From: Auanema rhodensis
Taxonomy: Eukaryota > Animalia > Nematoda
Length of the DNA stretch: 64,000 nt
Reading direction: 5' to 3'
Assembly (NCBI GenBank): GCA_964057225.1
Contig: OZ059894.1
Span: 13,516,001-13,580,000, forward strand
In this document: positions 39,128 to 51,807 of the stretch, one piece after another
Layout of the letters: every line of letters starts with the position of its first letter
How positions within the stretch are numbered: position 1 is the first letter of the stretch
Program-made: the position numbers and the translations under genes
The notes under the pieces: model-generated
The model's input: the letters and a program-made list of their open reading frames with translations, nothing else
Told to the model about the DNA's origin: nothing
Database searches by the model: none

Positions 39128-40190
39128 TTAAAAGATAGCAAGTAAGGCAAAAACAGAGTATAATAGAACACAAGGATAAGCAACAAGAATTCTTTGCTGA
39201 TGCATAGATAGAGCTATAACAAATAATTTTGAACTTGATGAGCTGCACCATAGTACAGCCAACGCAGATACAGAATAGCCAATAAAACCCTGAAATAATT
39301 TCTTCCTTAATTCGAAACTTTCAAGTCTTACCTTGAACGATAGCACGGCAGTAAGCATACTAAGAATAGCCATAGGTAGCAAACAGTAACCAAGAACCGA
39401 AGCAGTACAAGTAAATGATATATTTTTATCCGCTGAATTTAAAATTGAACAAAAAATTAAGCACAAATTGTACTTACCTGACATCAAGTTCATTAAAGCA
39501 TACATTCCAACACATCCTAATCCTCCAATTCCATAAATATATCCAAAAGTCATTTTGCCATGCAATAACAGAGCAGCACCTAAACAATTATCAAATGAAA
39601 GAAACGTTTGCTTAGTTTTACCAAAAAGAAGACAAAACACCAAAGGACCGGCTAAGTCTTGATCAGCAATTACTTCAGCAGACGCTGTACCCGCAGGGTT
39701 AAGTACGGCAACCGTTTTCTCCTCAAATAAACATATTGAAAAAATATTTTTTAAAAATATGTACCTTTATGTGGGAAAAATTGATACCCAATTCCTCTAA
39801 AAGAGGAGGCTCGTTATCATAATCTTCAGCATCTCCACCTATCGGAGCTACAAATTATTTCTATAAGTAAAAAAGAATAATGAAAAAACTACCAGGTGCG
39901 GACGGCATGAACATTTTTCCTCCATAACTGTCACCCCCATATGACTGTTGTTGAGCTGCATAATAATTTTGCTGTTGTACTAAATATGATATAACACATT
40001 ATTAGAATAAGATCAACATTAGTTGAAATGATAATGATTGTGGAGAGAAAAGCTAACCTGGTGCTGCTTGTTGGGCTTGTGAGTAATCAAACTGTTGCCA
40101 ACTCATGTCAGGTTGAGGTTGGGCAGCTTGGTTGTTGTCGTACCAAGAGCTTTGTTGTTGTCCATCATCCATCCAATAATTATTTGACAT
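39128..40190 (-). CDS. YIPF5: Yip1-domain Golgi/ER membrane protein YIPF5 (Yip1A)
   Basis: ATG at 40190 after TTTATAG; Q/Y-rich N-terminus (MSNNYWMDDGQQQSSWYD...). Signatures DYDNEPPLLEELGINFSHIK|EKTVAVLNP, DQDLAGPLVFCLLFG, GKMTFGYIYG, SVLGYCLLPM, QRILVAYPCVLLYSVFALLAIF*. Confidence 0.93.
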
Positions 40191-40651
40191 TTCCTATAAA
40201 AAATATTAAGAATAATAATGTATACAAAATAATACAAACAAAAATTAAAGCGTTCGGGAAGCTTTAGCATAAGTCGCAAAATTCCGCGTCATATTGCGTA
40301 CGGTAGTCTCGATAATCTAGTTCTATAGGGCTGGCCATTTGGTTGAGATAGGAAGAGAGATAGAACACTGAGTGACACTAGAATCATACAACATTGTGGC
40401 TAAAAAAGAAGTCATTTAAGATGAAAGTTGAAATGTGGCACAATTAAAAGAAGTAAATAGTTGATTTTGGCAAATGATCAAAATTTTATGAGTCCTGTGA
40501 AGATTTATGAAGAAGATTAATAAAAATTCGAAAAAAAATAGACCATTAAAGGTTTAATCGTTTAATTTAATTAAGTTTATTTTTGAGTATGTTTTAAGGT
40601 TTCATGTTTTTGTATTTTGGTTATCTTTTGGTATACGGTTTTTATTTACAG
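40191..40651. promoter_or_regulatory. Bidirectional promoter region between YIPF5 (-) and the RRM gene (+)
   Basis: 461 bp between divergent ATGs, with a CpG-containing core at ~40250-40340 (TTCCGCG, TATTGCGTACGGTAGTCTCG). Confidence 0.6.
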
Positions 40652-41800
40652 ATGGATAATTCATGTCACCGACGTGAAAGAACGATATATGTATCGATGT
40701 TACCTGATAATATCACAGATGATGATCTATATCGTTTGTTTCTGAAGGTATATGAATGCTTAGATAACTTAGGGATCTTGCATTATTAGGCTGGACCAAT
40801 CGAAAAAGTGATTTTCAAGCAGAATGCCGATGGCACTCCTCAACATGCTCTGATCGTTTTCCGACGAGTAGAGTCTGTCAAGTATGCGTCCATGAATCTA
40901 CCAAATTGTTTATCTAGCGATCCTCCACTCCATATTCGCCCTTTAAAGTAAGTTCTTAAACCACTATTTTTGAATAATTATTTTTAATAGAGAATCTTCC
41001 CATCATATGATAGCCTTTGACAATTACCGTAAACCTTCTCGTGAATCGTTTTCCTTCTCTGAGTCAGGCCATTCAGATGACGATTTTCGAGGCTACAGAT
41101 TGTGGCATCAGCATCCTCATAATGATTTGAAACCTATGAATCATTGGAATAATACGTTTGTTTGTTTTCCTAATTTACATTCTTGATTTTTCTCTATTAG
41201 TTCCCCGGGTCCTGTTCCTCCTGAAAATGCTAAGCATCGCCCAAGACCCTTCAATTTATCTCAGCCACATCAGTCAAACAAAGACTTTTGGAAGACTGAT
41301 AGAAGCAGTAAGTAGTTATGTCGAAGATCGAACTCGATAGAGCTACTAACCGTTTTGTGTGTAGGAAAAATTGCAGGCTCCTTCCGGAATCCACCGTTTT
41401 CTGCTGGGTTGATTGGCCTAGGATCATCCAGATCTGCTTTTCCACTTTTTTATGATGATTCCTTACAAGGAACAACTTTCAATAAGAAGCATTCAAATGT
41501 GGAAAAAATCCAGGAGAGGCTAAATGATAACAGCGTAAGAAATTATATTTCTAATTAAATTCTGATAAAAAAGTTTCAGCGCAGTGATGTCCCACACATG
41601 GCTCCCTCTTTGTCTTTCTCTGATGTTGATCGATATTATTCCTTTTCTGAAGTAAGTTAACAGTGCATTATGCTTTAACAGGAGAGTTGTAGACCAAAAG
41701 AGAGCCCAATAACAATAAATATTATACGAATTGGGCAAGTTATCAAGGTTTCGGTTTCTGAACTTGTTGATTCTGTCTTTATAGTCATATATTAACATGA
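40652..41800 (+). CDS. N-terminal RRM protein, RBM7/RBM11-like, with low-complexity tail (3' end uncertain)
   Basis: TTTACAG immediately precedes ATG 40652. Exons 40652-40747, 40790-40947, 40991-41155, 41201-41307, 41365-41534, 41580-41651, 41682-~41800. The RRM reads ERTIYVSMLPDNITDDDLYRLFLK|AGPIEKV...HALIVFRRVESVKYA, resembling the RBM7/11 pattern (LF.QAGP...F...ESV.YA). Confidence 0.7.
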
Positions 41801-42169
41801 CTACAAGTTGAGAAGATTTGTTTGAAATATTTTATTCATGACATCTCCATTCCAAACTGAATTATAATCCACTTAGTGAATCTGTTAGTGACCTTTTCTA
41901 ACCTTCGACATGTTTTATCTCAGAGATTTTAAATTTTGTATGTATTAGCTTCTGTTTTACTCTCAGGAAGCTATTTTGATCTTATGTTGGATAGTTTTGT
42001 TATTTGTTTGTTGTTTCAATAGAGTTGTTGCTATCTATCTGTTCCATGATGGTCGTTCTCAAGTCTATGTAAGAAGTTCTGTATATAGCTTGATTGTTCT
42101 CTTGTTATATGTTTGAATCATAAACTGTTGCGTTCTTATTTATTTTTATAATTTAACTTTATTTATGAT

Positions 42170-43960
42170 CTAAGCAATGGAGTTGGGATTTCTGATTGTG
42201 TTTGCTCTCCGTCTCCTTGTTGGGAATCTCTTGAGCAAGTAGTTATTGGCGGCTGCAGACATTTGGGCTATAAAGAAAATTATAAGTAAGATGTATGACG
42301 TCTTTCTGAGCAAAAGCAACATTTCAACAAAACATTTAAGGGGGAATGTGAAAAGGTAATGTACAGCTAATAATTGTGAAAAATGTATTTATGCAAATAA
42401 CTAGCCACATTGATTTCTAGCTAAAATCTTACCAATTAAGGTGCGAATCATAATCTGGAAGTGAATATTTCTACATAGAAAGATTGGAAGAGAAAGTATT
42501 TGTTTAATGCAAAATGTTATGAAAAAGTTCGAGAAACCTTGTTGTATCTGTTCGCTTTCAATAGCTTTTTGTTGAGCACTAGCGAATTTTTCAACAATCA
42601 TCGAGATAGGAAAGGCGAGAACAATTATGCCACAAATAGAAGTTGCTGTTGCAACCAGCTTTCCACCTAAAAACATATATATTTTCCCAACAAAAAAAGA
42701 AATTTACAAGTTGTAACAGGTTTTGCATCTCCATAGCCTACTGTAGCCATCGTTACACTGAAATAGCATATCAAATTGCACATAATGAGTTTGTTTGACT
42801 TACACACACCACCAGCATCCTGCTGGTATACTGTAAAAATCAGTGTAAGGTTCATCCTTCTCCAAGTAGTACATGATAGTCGAGAAGAATATGATACCGG
42901 TTACAAGAAACATGCTGAGCATAGAAAGTTCTGTTATTGAAGATTTGAGCGTGTGACCAAAAGTCTTAAAAAAAATTTTATTAGAAAAAATAAAAGTTTT
43001 GAAAAGCATCTGTTTTGACAGTGTACAACCGCTCAATGTAAGTTAAAATATGAAAATGATTTTATAGCATGTTACTTAGAGATTACTTCTTATTTGAGTG
43101 AATGAAACAAAAAATATTCATTCTTTATTATTTTTCATTTTTCATCTTTTTAAACATATTTATTAATGTTTTACCTGTAAGCTTGTACTATAACGTGCTA
43201 ATTTGAACACTCGAGCCATTCGTAGAACGCGAAGTACTCGTACTACCAGCATAGCACCTAAAAGAATTATTGAAAAAAATGAATAATAATAATATTTTTT
43301 TTTAGTTAAAACAGTTATATTTATATATGTTGTATATAAATAGGCATTCCAATCAGGGAATCATATCAAGAAATCATATTAGTTTATTATAAACTAAACT
43401 AGAACTCTTTCTTGCCATATTCGGTGTTATTGATTTCGGTTTCAAGAAAAGAATATACACAATATTTTATTTGCATGATTAAAAAAATTTTTTAAATTCT
43501 GAATCAGCAATGACTTCTGGAAACCGATTTTTATAAACATGCATAGTTAGAATTACAGTTAGCAAAGCATACGAATGTGGAAAATGAAGCAAAAGCTTGG
43601 CTCAATACTTTGCCAGAACATATACGATAATTGAAGTCAAATCTCAATCTGATTCATGGTTTAATCTTGCAATAACAAATGAATGAATTTCCTCAAACAC
43701 CTTAAGAACAACCATATTTCCATCAGATGAGGTGCAAACTATATAAAATCTGTTGGTAACAAAACACCATTTACAATATTAAAGCAAGCTGGGGTTATGT
43801 TGTGGTTTGCTAGCAAGGGAAAATCAGTAAATTTGAAGCGAGCATTGAATGAACTTGAAATGAAGTGTAAAATGGATCAGTGATCATGATTTTGATTTAA
43901 TAATAAAATTAAAAGTGTTTTAACAATACAAAGTCACATAAAATTATAACTTTATAAATA

Positions 43961-44020
<60 letters not shown>

Positions 44021-46437
44021 ATTATATATGTAAATATATATATATTTATTTATTTTTAAAAAAAGATATATATTTATGTATATATATTTAGAATTACCCA
44101 TCCATGTTTGTGCTTTACGCCCTATGTCTTCTCCTGAAATAGTGGCAGCCTCATAAGGAGTGGTGAAACAATTATAAGCGAAATCGTTTATAATTATTAT
44201 TAATTTGAAATTAGAATTAAGATTGATTACTATATTAAGTATAAACAAAATAAAAATTATTGCTCTTGGATTGATAATCAAGAAATAACTAATACTATTA
44301 CTACTACTACTACTACTAGATAATTATTAATTAAATTAAAAATAAATAATATAATGCTAACTAGAAAGAAAAATAATTTTGTTAAAAAAACTTTAAAAAA
44401 AGAATAAGACGATTCGAAACAATGATGCAAAAACATAATCTTTCTTGTTTTGATATAACACAGAATGAAGTCCTCATACCTGTAAGTTCTTTGAATCGCG
44501 ATTCGATACCGAAGAGTGGTAAACATAGTTCCAAATAAAAAGGTAAAATGGTTAGCATATCAATTATATTCAAAGTTTTCTTAATAAATTCCATTTTTTT
44601 CGGATATATAGCAAACCTGTAATGAGTTAAATTCACCTTATTACCTTTTGTTTTATAAATTCACCTCAAGATATATTCAAAGGTAAACCAAGCAATACAA
44701 ACATATTCAATGACAACAAGCGTAAATGAAGGATTATCTGTTGGACGATACACAAATGTAGAAGGATTTTGGCTATTCACATCAGAATTTTGAAATTTAC
44801 TCTGAAAATGTTCGGCTTAAATTTAAGAAAAATAGAAATTCTTACTTCACTTCCTTTTTTTGCATGCATCATATGATAAAATGAAGCGTTTGAAGAGTCT
44901 TCTTGAAATTCTGGCATAGATCCAAGGATGAGACCTATATATTATAAATATTTAATTAATTAAATTAAATATTAATAAGAAATAATACCAATGACACTAG
45001 TGAAAACAAATACAACTGATAGGAGAGCGAAGATCGCTGCAGAATAAGATGATTGTGGATCTTCAAGAAATCGCCAAGTAGCTAAACGGAAGGAAGGCAA
45101 AATTTTCTAGAAAAATTGAAATTTTAATTTCAAAAATAAATTATTGTCAAATACAATTCCATCGAAATCAGTAACATAATCTTCTTCAGCAGAGAGATGT
45201 TGTTGATGTTTCTGTTTAGTCGAAGTAGTTCCATCATTTGGAAGAGCACAGCAAGCTGAGAGCTGAATAAGAAGAATCTCGTTGACATCAAAAATTGAAT
45301 TTTCAAGTACTTTCATATATGGATAGATTAAATTAGAAATAACCTACATATTCAGTTCCAATTCGCCAAAAAAGTAATTCTTCTTTAAACCGTTCAACGC
45401 ATACATTATGTGGTTTATGTAAACTTCCTAAAATAATATTCATAGTCTTTCTTTCCTTGAAAATGGAAATTTTTCTGGAAAGTAAACATTAAATTTTAAA
45501 ACCTGTTGCAAAGAAGTCCATAATATGTTCAGCCAATCTTGTATTTCTTTCCATATAATATTCTTCCGTAGATTCATCATATCCATCCACAATAGCTAAC
45601 CTAAAATAATAATAATTAAGTTAAATATAATAATAATATATAAAATATATAATAAAAGTTCTAGTTAATAAATATAATTAACCTTTGTTCATGATTTGAT
45701 TCCACTATATCATGCATCAGTGTTCTATCTGGAGTATGTAATTCAGTTCTGACACAATATGATTTTCCTCCAATATTCATACGAATATACATATCATTCA
45801 TACCACCACTGCCACCGCCATCTTTAATTATTAAAATTTCAGAACAAAAATTTATTTTTTATAAATTACCTTGGTCTTCTGTATATTTCATTAAAGCTGC
45901 TGCTCGAAATTGTACACGACGATTCAGCATATTCTCTTCATTTTCTTTGCCAACTCGCTAAAAAGGACATACAAAAGTAAGAAAAGAAAGTATTATTTTC
46001 ATTATAAACCATACTTCTACCTTTTCATCATTTTATTTTATTTTGTGTTTTGAAAATTTTCAATCAATTCATATGATTTGTCTAAAAAAGTTTCAGAAGT
46101 TCAAAACTAGTTGATGCATCTTATTTGCTACAAGGGAATGCTTCAAAATGCCATCAAATATAGCATGTGACCTATTTAGAAAATTTGAGAAGAAAAAGTT
46201 TAAAATGGAAGGAAATGTGATGATGAGAATCGGATGAAAAAATAGATTCTTTTATTTTTTTTAGAATCATATATCTAAATACAGATTTAGTTATAGTATA
46301 GAGATATTCCAATATAGTAATAAAGGTCAAGTAAACTTTCCGAGAAAAGAAGTTGTTTTTCATTTCTATTTTTCTTCCTAACATAGAAAATTTTCGAATA
46401 CCTCAGCTGCACGTCTGAATGATAACCGCAAAGCCAT
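42170..46437 (-). CDS. Voltage-gated K+ channel alpha subunit, Shab-related nematode KVS family (channel A, downstream copy); further alternative 5' exons extend to ~53030
   Basis: Common exon starts at 45957 (RVGKENEENMLNRRVQFRAA..). T1 domain (IRMNIGGKSY, EYYMERN, LHKPHNVCVERFKEELLFW); W.FLEDPQSS S1; NIIDMLTILPFYLEL S3; S4 VRVLRVLRMARVFKLARYS; SIPAGCWWCV; pore TMATVGYGD; S6 [17 protein letters not shown]. Last exon 42267-42170 reads AQMSAAANNYLLKRFPTRRRRANTIRNPNSIA*. The start given is the most proximal candidate first exon. Confidence 0.9.
43965..44016. repeat. (TA)n microsatellite in channel A intron
   Basis: Uninterrupted TA run. Confidence 0.95.
44098..44133 (-). CDS. Candidate 36-nt cassette exon of channel A (S3-S4 linker, adds EDIGRKAQTWMG)
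   Basis: ATTTCAG|GAGAAGACATAGGGCGTAAAGCACAAACATGGATGG|GTAATT; phase 1-1, matching the flanking donor (exon end 44480) and acceptor (exon start 43257); no stop codon. Confidence 0.7.
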
Positions 46438-47056
46438 CAGACCATAGAATTGGAAACGTCAAAGACGTATTGAATTTCAAGTTTAATTTTGAAAGGATTG
46501 AAGATCTCAGAGTAATAGCAATGATTGGAACTAATCGAAAGTAGCAGAATTAGGGCTAGCTGAACGATAAGATATGAAAAGGGATGGTCGTCGATGAAGC
46601 AGCCTTATAGAATATTCTGAATACTTCAGAGTGAGCTCAGTTCGAGATTAAGATAGAGAATCAGATTCGTAGCGCCAATTTCGTTACTTCTGATTATTGA
46701 GATCTTGAAGCATAAGATTTTGAGTAGGAAAAAGGTTTAGGGAGGAAAGAGAATTGATGAGGATAGACTACGTCGGATGTATCGTCAGATTGCATTGGCT
46801 AAGCTAAAGTGTGAAGTGCGTAAAGAACAAGGGATGTGAAGATAATGTAGAAGTGAAAGGTTTTTAGGGAGGAACAAGGACAATGAATGGGAAATAAGAG
46901 GAGAAAACTGATTATTATGATCGCTTCGTGAGAATCAGAAGGGTTAAGCCGAGTAGAAGTGAATCGTTAAAAGACAGTGAAGCACTAAAATCGGATGCCC
47001 AAAAGAGAGAATTTAGAAAACAAGCTTTGAACTCATCACTTATCCGTCGTACTCAC

Positions 47057-47134
47057 TAGATGTTCGAGCGCGGCAACGTCATGGACGCCGACGGCATCGC
47101 CGAATTCGTTTAAGGAAGAACGAGCTAGCCATTG
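47057..47134 (-). CDS. Candidate internal 5' exon of channel A (QWLARSSLNEFGDAVGVHDVAALEHL)
   Basis: GC-rich island; GTACAG acceptor, 78 nt, CTA|GTGAGT donor, phase 0-0, open frame. The frame is also open back to an ATG at 47242. Confidence 0.6.
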
Positions 47135-48183
47135 CTGTACTCGAAAAACAGAAGCTCTCCTTTTTCGTTTCTCTCTTCCTCTCTCTCTTCCTCTCTCTCT
47201 GTTCTTTTCTGAATATTTTTTGACACATCTTTTTCCTTTCATCCTATCATTTGATATTTCCTCCGAAACGTCTTTTGACGTGAATATTCTTTAATCATTA
47301 TCCGAGCGGAATGAAAATAAAATCGGAGAACAGATTCAATTGCTTTTCGGAATAAAGTAAAAGAAAAGATATATTCACCTAATTTCAAGTCAAAAGGACT
47401 ATAAATGAGAATTTTTGTTACATCTTGAAGATCCGAATTTTAATCTGTCTTTTCAAGAAGTGTCAATTTACTCAAAGTTTTGAAGGTAATGTTGGGCGGC
47501 CCTACTCTCATGAATATCTTTGATTAAGTTTTCAAAAAGAATATTCGCGATGAGATTGAGATATGATGGCATTTATGAAAAAATAATTGTTTACAAGAAA
47601 GAATAAGTTGAAAAAGACTTTAACTAAGAAAAATATTAGTAGTATATTTAGATATCACAAATGTTCTGAGAACTATTTTGAAGAAAAATAAAAGAGAATC
47701 AAGATCTAAAGAATAACACATACTATATATGAATATAAAAGAACATTTCATTTAAATATCATAATATCGTATGATATAATAATAATAATAATATTATTAT
47801 TATGTATTATTATTAAATATATTTATATTAATAAAATATTTTTTTTGTGTAAATGAGAAAAAAATAGAACTTTCTATTATAAAAAATAAACTTAAGCTAC
47901 TGAAAAAGATATTCCCATCTGATTGTAGATGTTCTTATACATATGAACTATGATAACTAAGAAACAATAAAGATGATAATGATGAAAGGCTTGGTGATTG
48001 AACGATAGGATTTCTAATTTGACTATATATAAATATATTTTAGTTTGTTAATAAGTATTATTGTAATATTAATTAAAATAATAAACATATATACATGTAT
48101 ATATGATAAACAAACATCATTTGGAATCTAAATCTAGTTATGAGACCAGTTCAAAGTTAAATATCTTAAGTAATATAACTTAC

Positions 48184-48222
48184 CTGAGATGCACATGTCC
48201 GCTTTAACCGATAGGATAACAT
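48184..48222 (-). CDS. Candidate alternative first coding exon of channel A (MLSYRLKRTCASQ)
   Basis: ACC-ATG start, 13 codons, perfect CAG|GTAAGT donor, phase 0 like the common acceptor at 45957. Confidence 0.6.
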
Positions 48223-49246
48223 GGTGAGCTTTATTAGAAGATGATAAGAAGAATGATATTAGTTGGTTGTCAAGGAAACATCCTTCATTGCTCTATTTTA
48301 AAATAAAAAATTACTGTTGTTTGAGCAAAATAATAAAAAGGAGAAAGGAATACATGACATGATAATGATTGTTTCAGCGTTAATTTACAAACGTAATCAT
48401 ATTATAAGATGGGATTAATGAAATGAAGCATCGAAGCAACAGAGTTTGAAACAAAATCAAAAGCAATCAAGAAGAAGTCAAATTGAAAATTGAAAAAATC
48501 GTCTAATTATCTGTCGATCACATGGAAATGAAAGATTGTTGGATGTACATACGTGCCTATCAATACGAGCTAGCTTTGACTATTGTTGTCCAAAAATACA
48601 AATTTTTGTTGAAAAATACAATTTGCAGATAAATGAAAACATGGAACTATTCAAAATAAAGTATGGTAATAATAAATTTGTAACTATAAATGAATAGTCA
48701 ATATGAAAACCTGGGCATTTTGATAAAAACGAAAATACGAATGTGATAGATTTGTTGCGAGCATTTTCTTCTCAGGCACCTTGAATACTATATCAAATGC
48801 ATATACAACATATTATGAATAATGTAAGAAAATAAGAACTTTTCTCATAGTTGTTATAATAATAATAATTATTATTATTATATATTATATAATAGTATAT
48901 CACATGGTTAATTGTTTCAAATATAGTTTTAAATTAAATCAACACAAAAAGTTCTTCGACACGGAAAAAAGTAAGTATTGAATTTCAATTTTTTTTAGAT
49001 TGTTATAACAAAAAATAAAAAAAAAAGTAGATAAATTTAATAAAAAAAGACTTTTTTTTATTATTTTCATAACAATTATGGAAAATCTTTTTATAAGATG
49101 AATGAAAAATTGGAAAGCCGTATAAACGAATTTTCTTTTCAGTTACGACAAATTGTAATAATGCTCATCTGAATTATGAATTTGTTCAGTAAGCAGAAAG
49201 CTGTTAATCAAAGATTATTTTACTAAAATATGTTTCTGAGTTAAAA

Positions 49247-49253
<7 letters not shown>

Positions 49254-49287
<34 letters not shown>
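49254..49287. repeat. (TA)n microsatellite
   Basis: Uninterrupted TA run. Confidence 0.95.
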
Positions 49288-49291
<4 letters not shown>

Positions 49292-51697
49292 AAAATATAT
49301 AATAATATATATTTGAAAAAGAAAATGTTATATTAGATTGAATAAATAATAATGAAATGTTATGAGAACTTATTCAGGATATCTATATCACAAAAATTAT
49401 TCAATGAAAAATTAGTTTTCTCAGGAAATTTATAAAATAATCATATAATCACAATGCCTAGAATCAATATAAATTCTGATCTCAGATTTAAGTGATCTGT
49501 TTTAAGCTAAACCCTTGAAGATGGATAACAATTATTCAAAATAAAGGAACCAAATTTTTTGTTTGAATATTCTTTGATCAAAAAAAAATAGATTTTCTAT
49601 TTAAAGAATTAAAAATGATTCATTTAATTCATTTGAAATTCATTGAGTTATGTATAATATTATATTGACATATAGTTATATATAACTATATAATATGAAA
49701 TATAAAGATATAAATATATTTTGAGAACAAAAAATCAAAATTTGAAACATTTTTTCTTATTTTAATTGAAAAAATATATCGAAAAATTAAAAAATTGGTT
49801 GGTAACGTGCAAGAGAAAAAGAGAAATATCTTCGTTGGGAAACATACATACATAGTATAGACTTCTACTATGTTCATCAACAAATAATTAGTATAAGATA
49901 TGCATATTTTGAAATATTATTTTAAAAATAAGAAAAGTAATTAGAAAAAGAACTAATATTAAATATAACATTTATAATATTATTTATTATATTTATGCTA
50001 TATGACATTTAATATTATTGATATGATTATAATAATTTTTTATATAAGTATCATCATCATATATTCATTCATAAAAGTATTTACAGGTTTGTTTTCTTTT
50101 TTTTTTAATTATTGAAACAGGTTGTATTCAATTTATTTTTCATTTGTTTTCTAATAAAATGAATAAATATATTATATTATATTTAATATATTTTTGTTAA
50201 TCAAATAATATAATTTATATTCATTCAAAAATTAAGGAAGAATTGAATATCTGTATGTATATGTATATCAATCATTAACTTTAATCAAAAGTTCTTTTAT
50301 TTTTAAATTTTTCAGCTTTTTTAAAAGAAAAATAAGTACAAATTTTCTTATTCTATTCATATATTTTATTTATGTAAATGCTTGTATATTCGTTGAGCAT
50401 AAAGCACAAATAAGTATAAAATAGCTTGGCTGAATGAAGTAAGAGATAAAGATAGAAGATGAATATCAGAGATTAAATTGGCTTGAAGGATAGAGAAGAG
50501 AGAATTGACAAAAGATATGAAATGAAGAAAGATTATAGAAAGATATGAGATACTAGAAATGGCTTCAGATTAAGTATACATATTAGATCAGCTTAATATG
50601 GAAGAGAATATAATTGATATGAAAGATAAAGATCAAAATTACAGTTAAATTTCACAAAAATCGACTTGTTTTCAAGATAATTCTAACTTGAATACATCAA
50701 ACGCTATATTCTGCAAACCTATACTGAATATAAAATATAAAATACAACATATTTTATATAAAATATAAAATAAATATGATTATAAAATATTTTGAATAAA
50801 GAAGGATTTCGATAAGAATATCCCCTATCTTTTCATTTTGATACTTTTTCTTCTTATTAACAAACGTTAAAACCAAAAATTGTGGAAGAAAAGATCATGA
50901 ATACTTAGATGACATAAGGAAGGTTGAAGTGTCATTAGAGAGATAGAAGAATACAAAATGTAAATGCATGAGATGCTTCGTTCTCTATATTTGGAAGCCT
51001 TATGCAACCTTCTGTAAGATCTAAATAACACTTTTATTTGAAAATTTTGGAAAATATTTTGCGAAATGTCGAGAATAAAAATAGAAATTCAGCTTATGAA
51101 GCAATGAAAAGTAAGATAGGATTAAGAAAAAAATTGGTGAAATCGTTTTGAATATACATATGTATGTCAACAACTTCCGTTAAAACAACTGATTGGAAGA
51201 CTCGTCTATCAGCAAATCTTAGATACATATGTAGATTCGCATATATTTTACTATTGATATCTTTCACCCTCACTTTCAGTCATCGTAAACCATTCTTTCT
51301 AGGATTCCAATTTCAAGTTGCTTTTTCTCTTTTAAGAATTATACTTTGAGTATAGAAACTAGACAAAGCCACCATCTATCATATCGAATATCATTAAAAA
51401 GAAAACGAGAAAACACATTTCGTTGGTTAAAAGTTATATTGAACGAAATGAAAAAGGGAATCAAAGTATTATTATACTGTTTGAAATATGATATTTTCTA
51501 TTATTAAATAGAAATTAAAATGAAATTAGTCTTAGATATTCTAGAAAGAATTTCTTCTTTTTCTTTATTTTTGGAATAAAGAAAATATTAGATGTGAGAG
51601 TTTTCTGAAGATGATGCTAATGATGAAATTCGTTTTCTCATGCGGTTTTCGATTATTTTCAATGAGGAGATTCACCCCAAAAAAATATGTCACTGAC

Positions 51698-51807
51698 CGA
51701 GCTTAGTGATGGAACTGATCTCTTGTGGGTTCGTCTTGCGTGCATTTCCAATGATATTCTGGTTCCACTGCTTAGCAGATCCTTCTTCTTTCTTGTTATA
51801 TTTAGTT
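51698..51807 (-). CDS. Candidate distal 5' exon of channel A (ATG 51745: MHARRTHKRSVPSLSS)
   Basis: CAATAG acceptor at 51808, frame open throughout, TCG|GTCAGT phase-0 donor. Confidence 0.5.

Noticed and set aside
43964-44281. 105-aa ORF ending in YIYIYI
   Set aside because: Mostly (TA)n and AT-rich intron; only the 36-nt internal exon is credible.
47079-47132. Out-of-frame ORF MASSFFLKRIRRCRRRP* overlapping a second ATG (ATGA)
   Set aside because: Neither ATG is in frame with the phase-0 acceptor at 45957; the third frame explains the exon.
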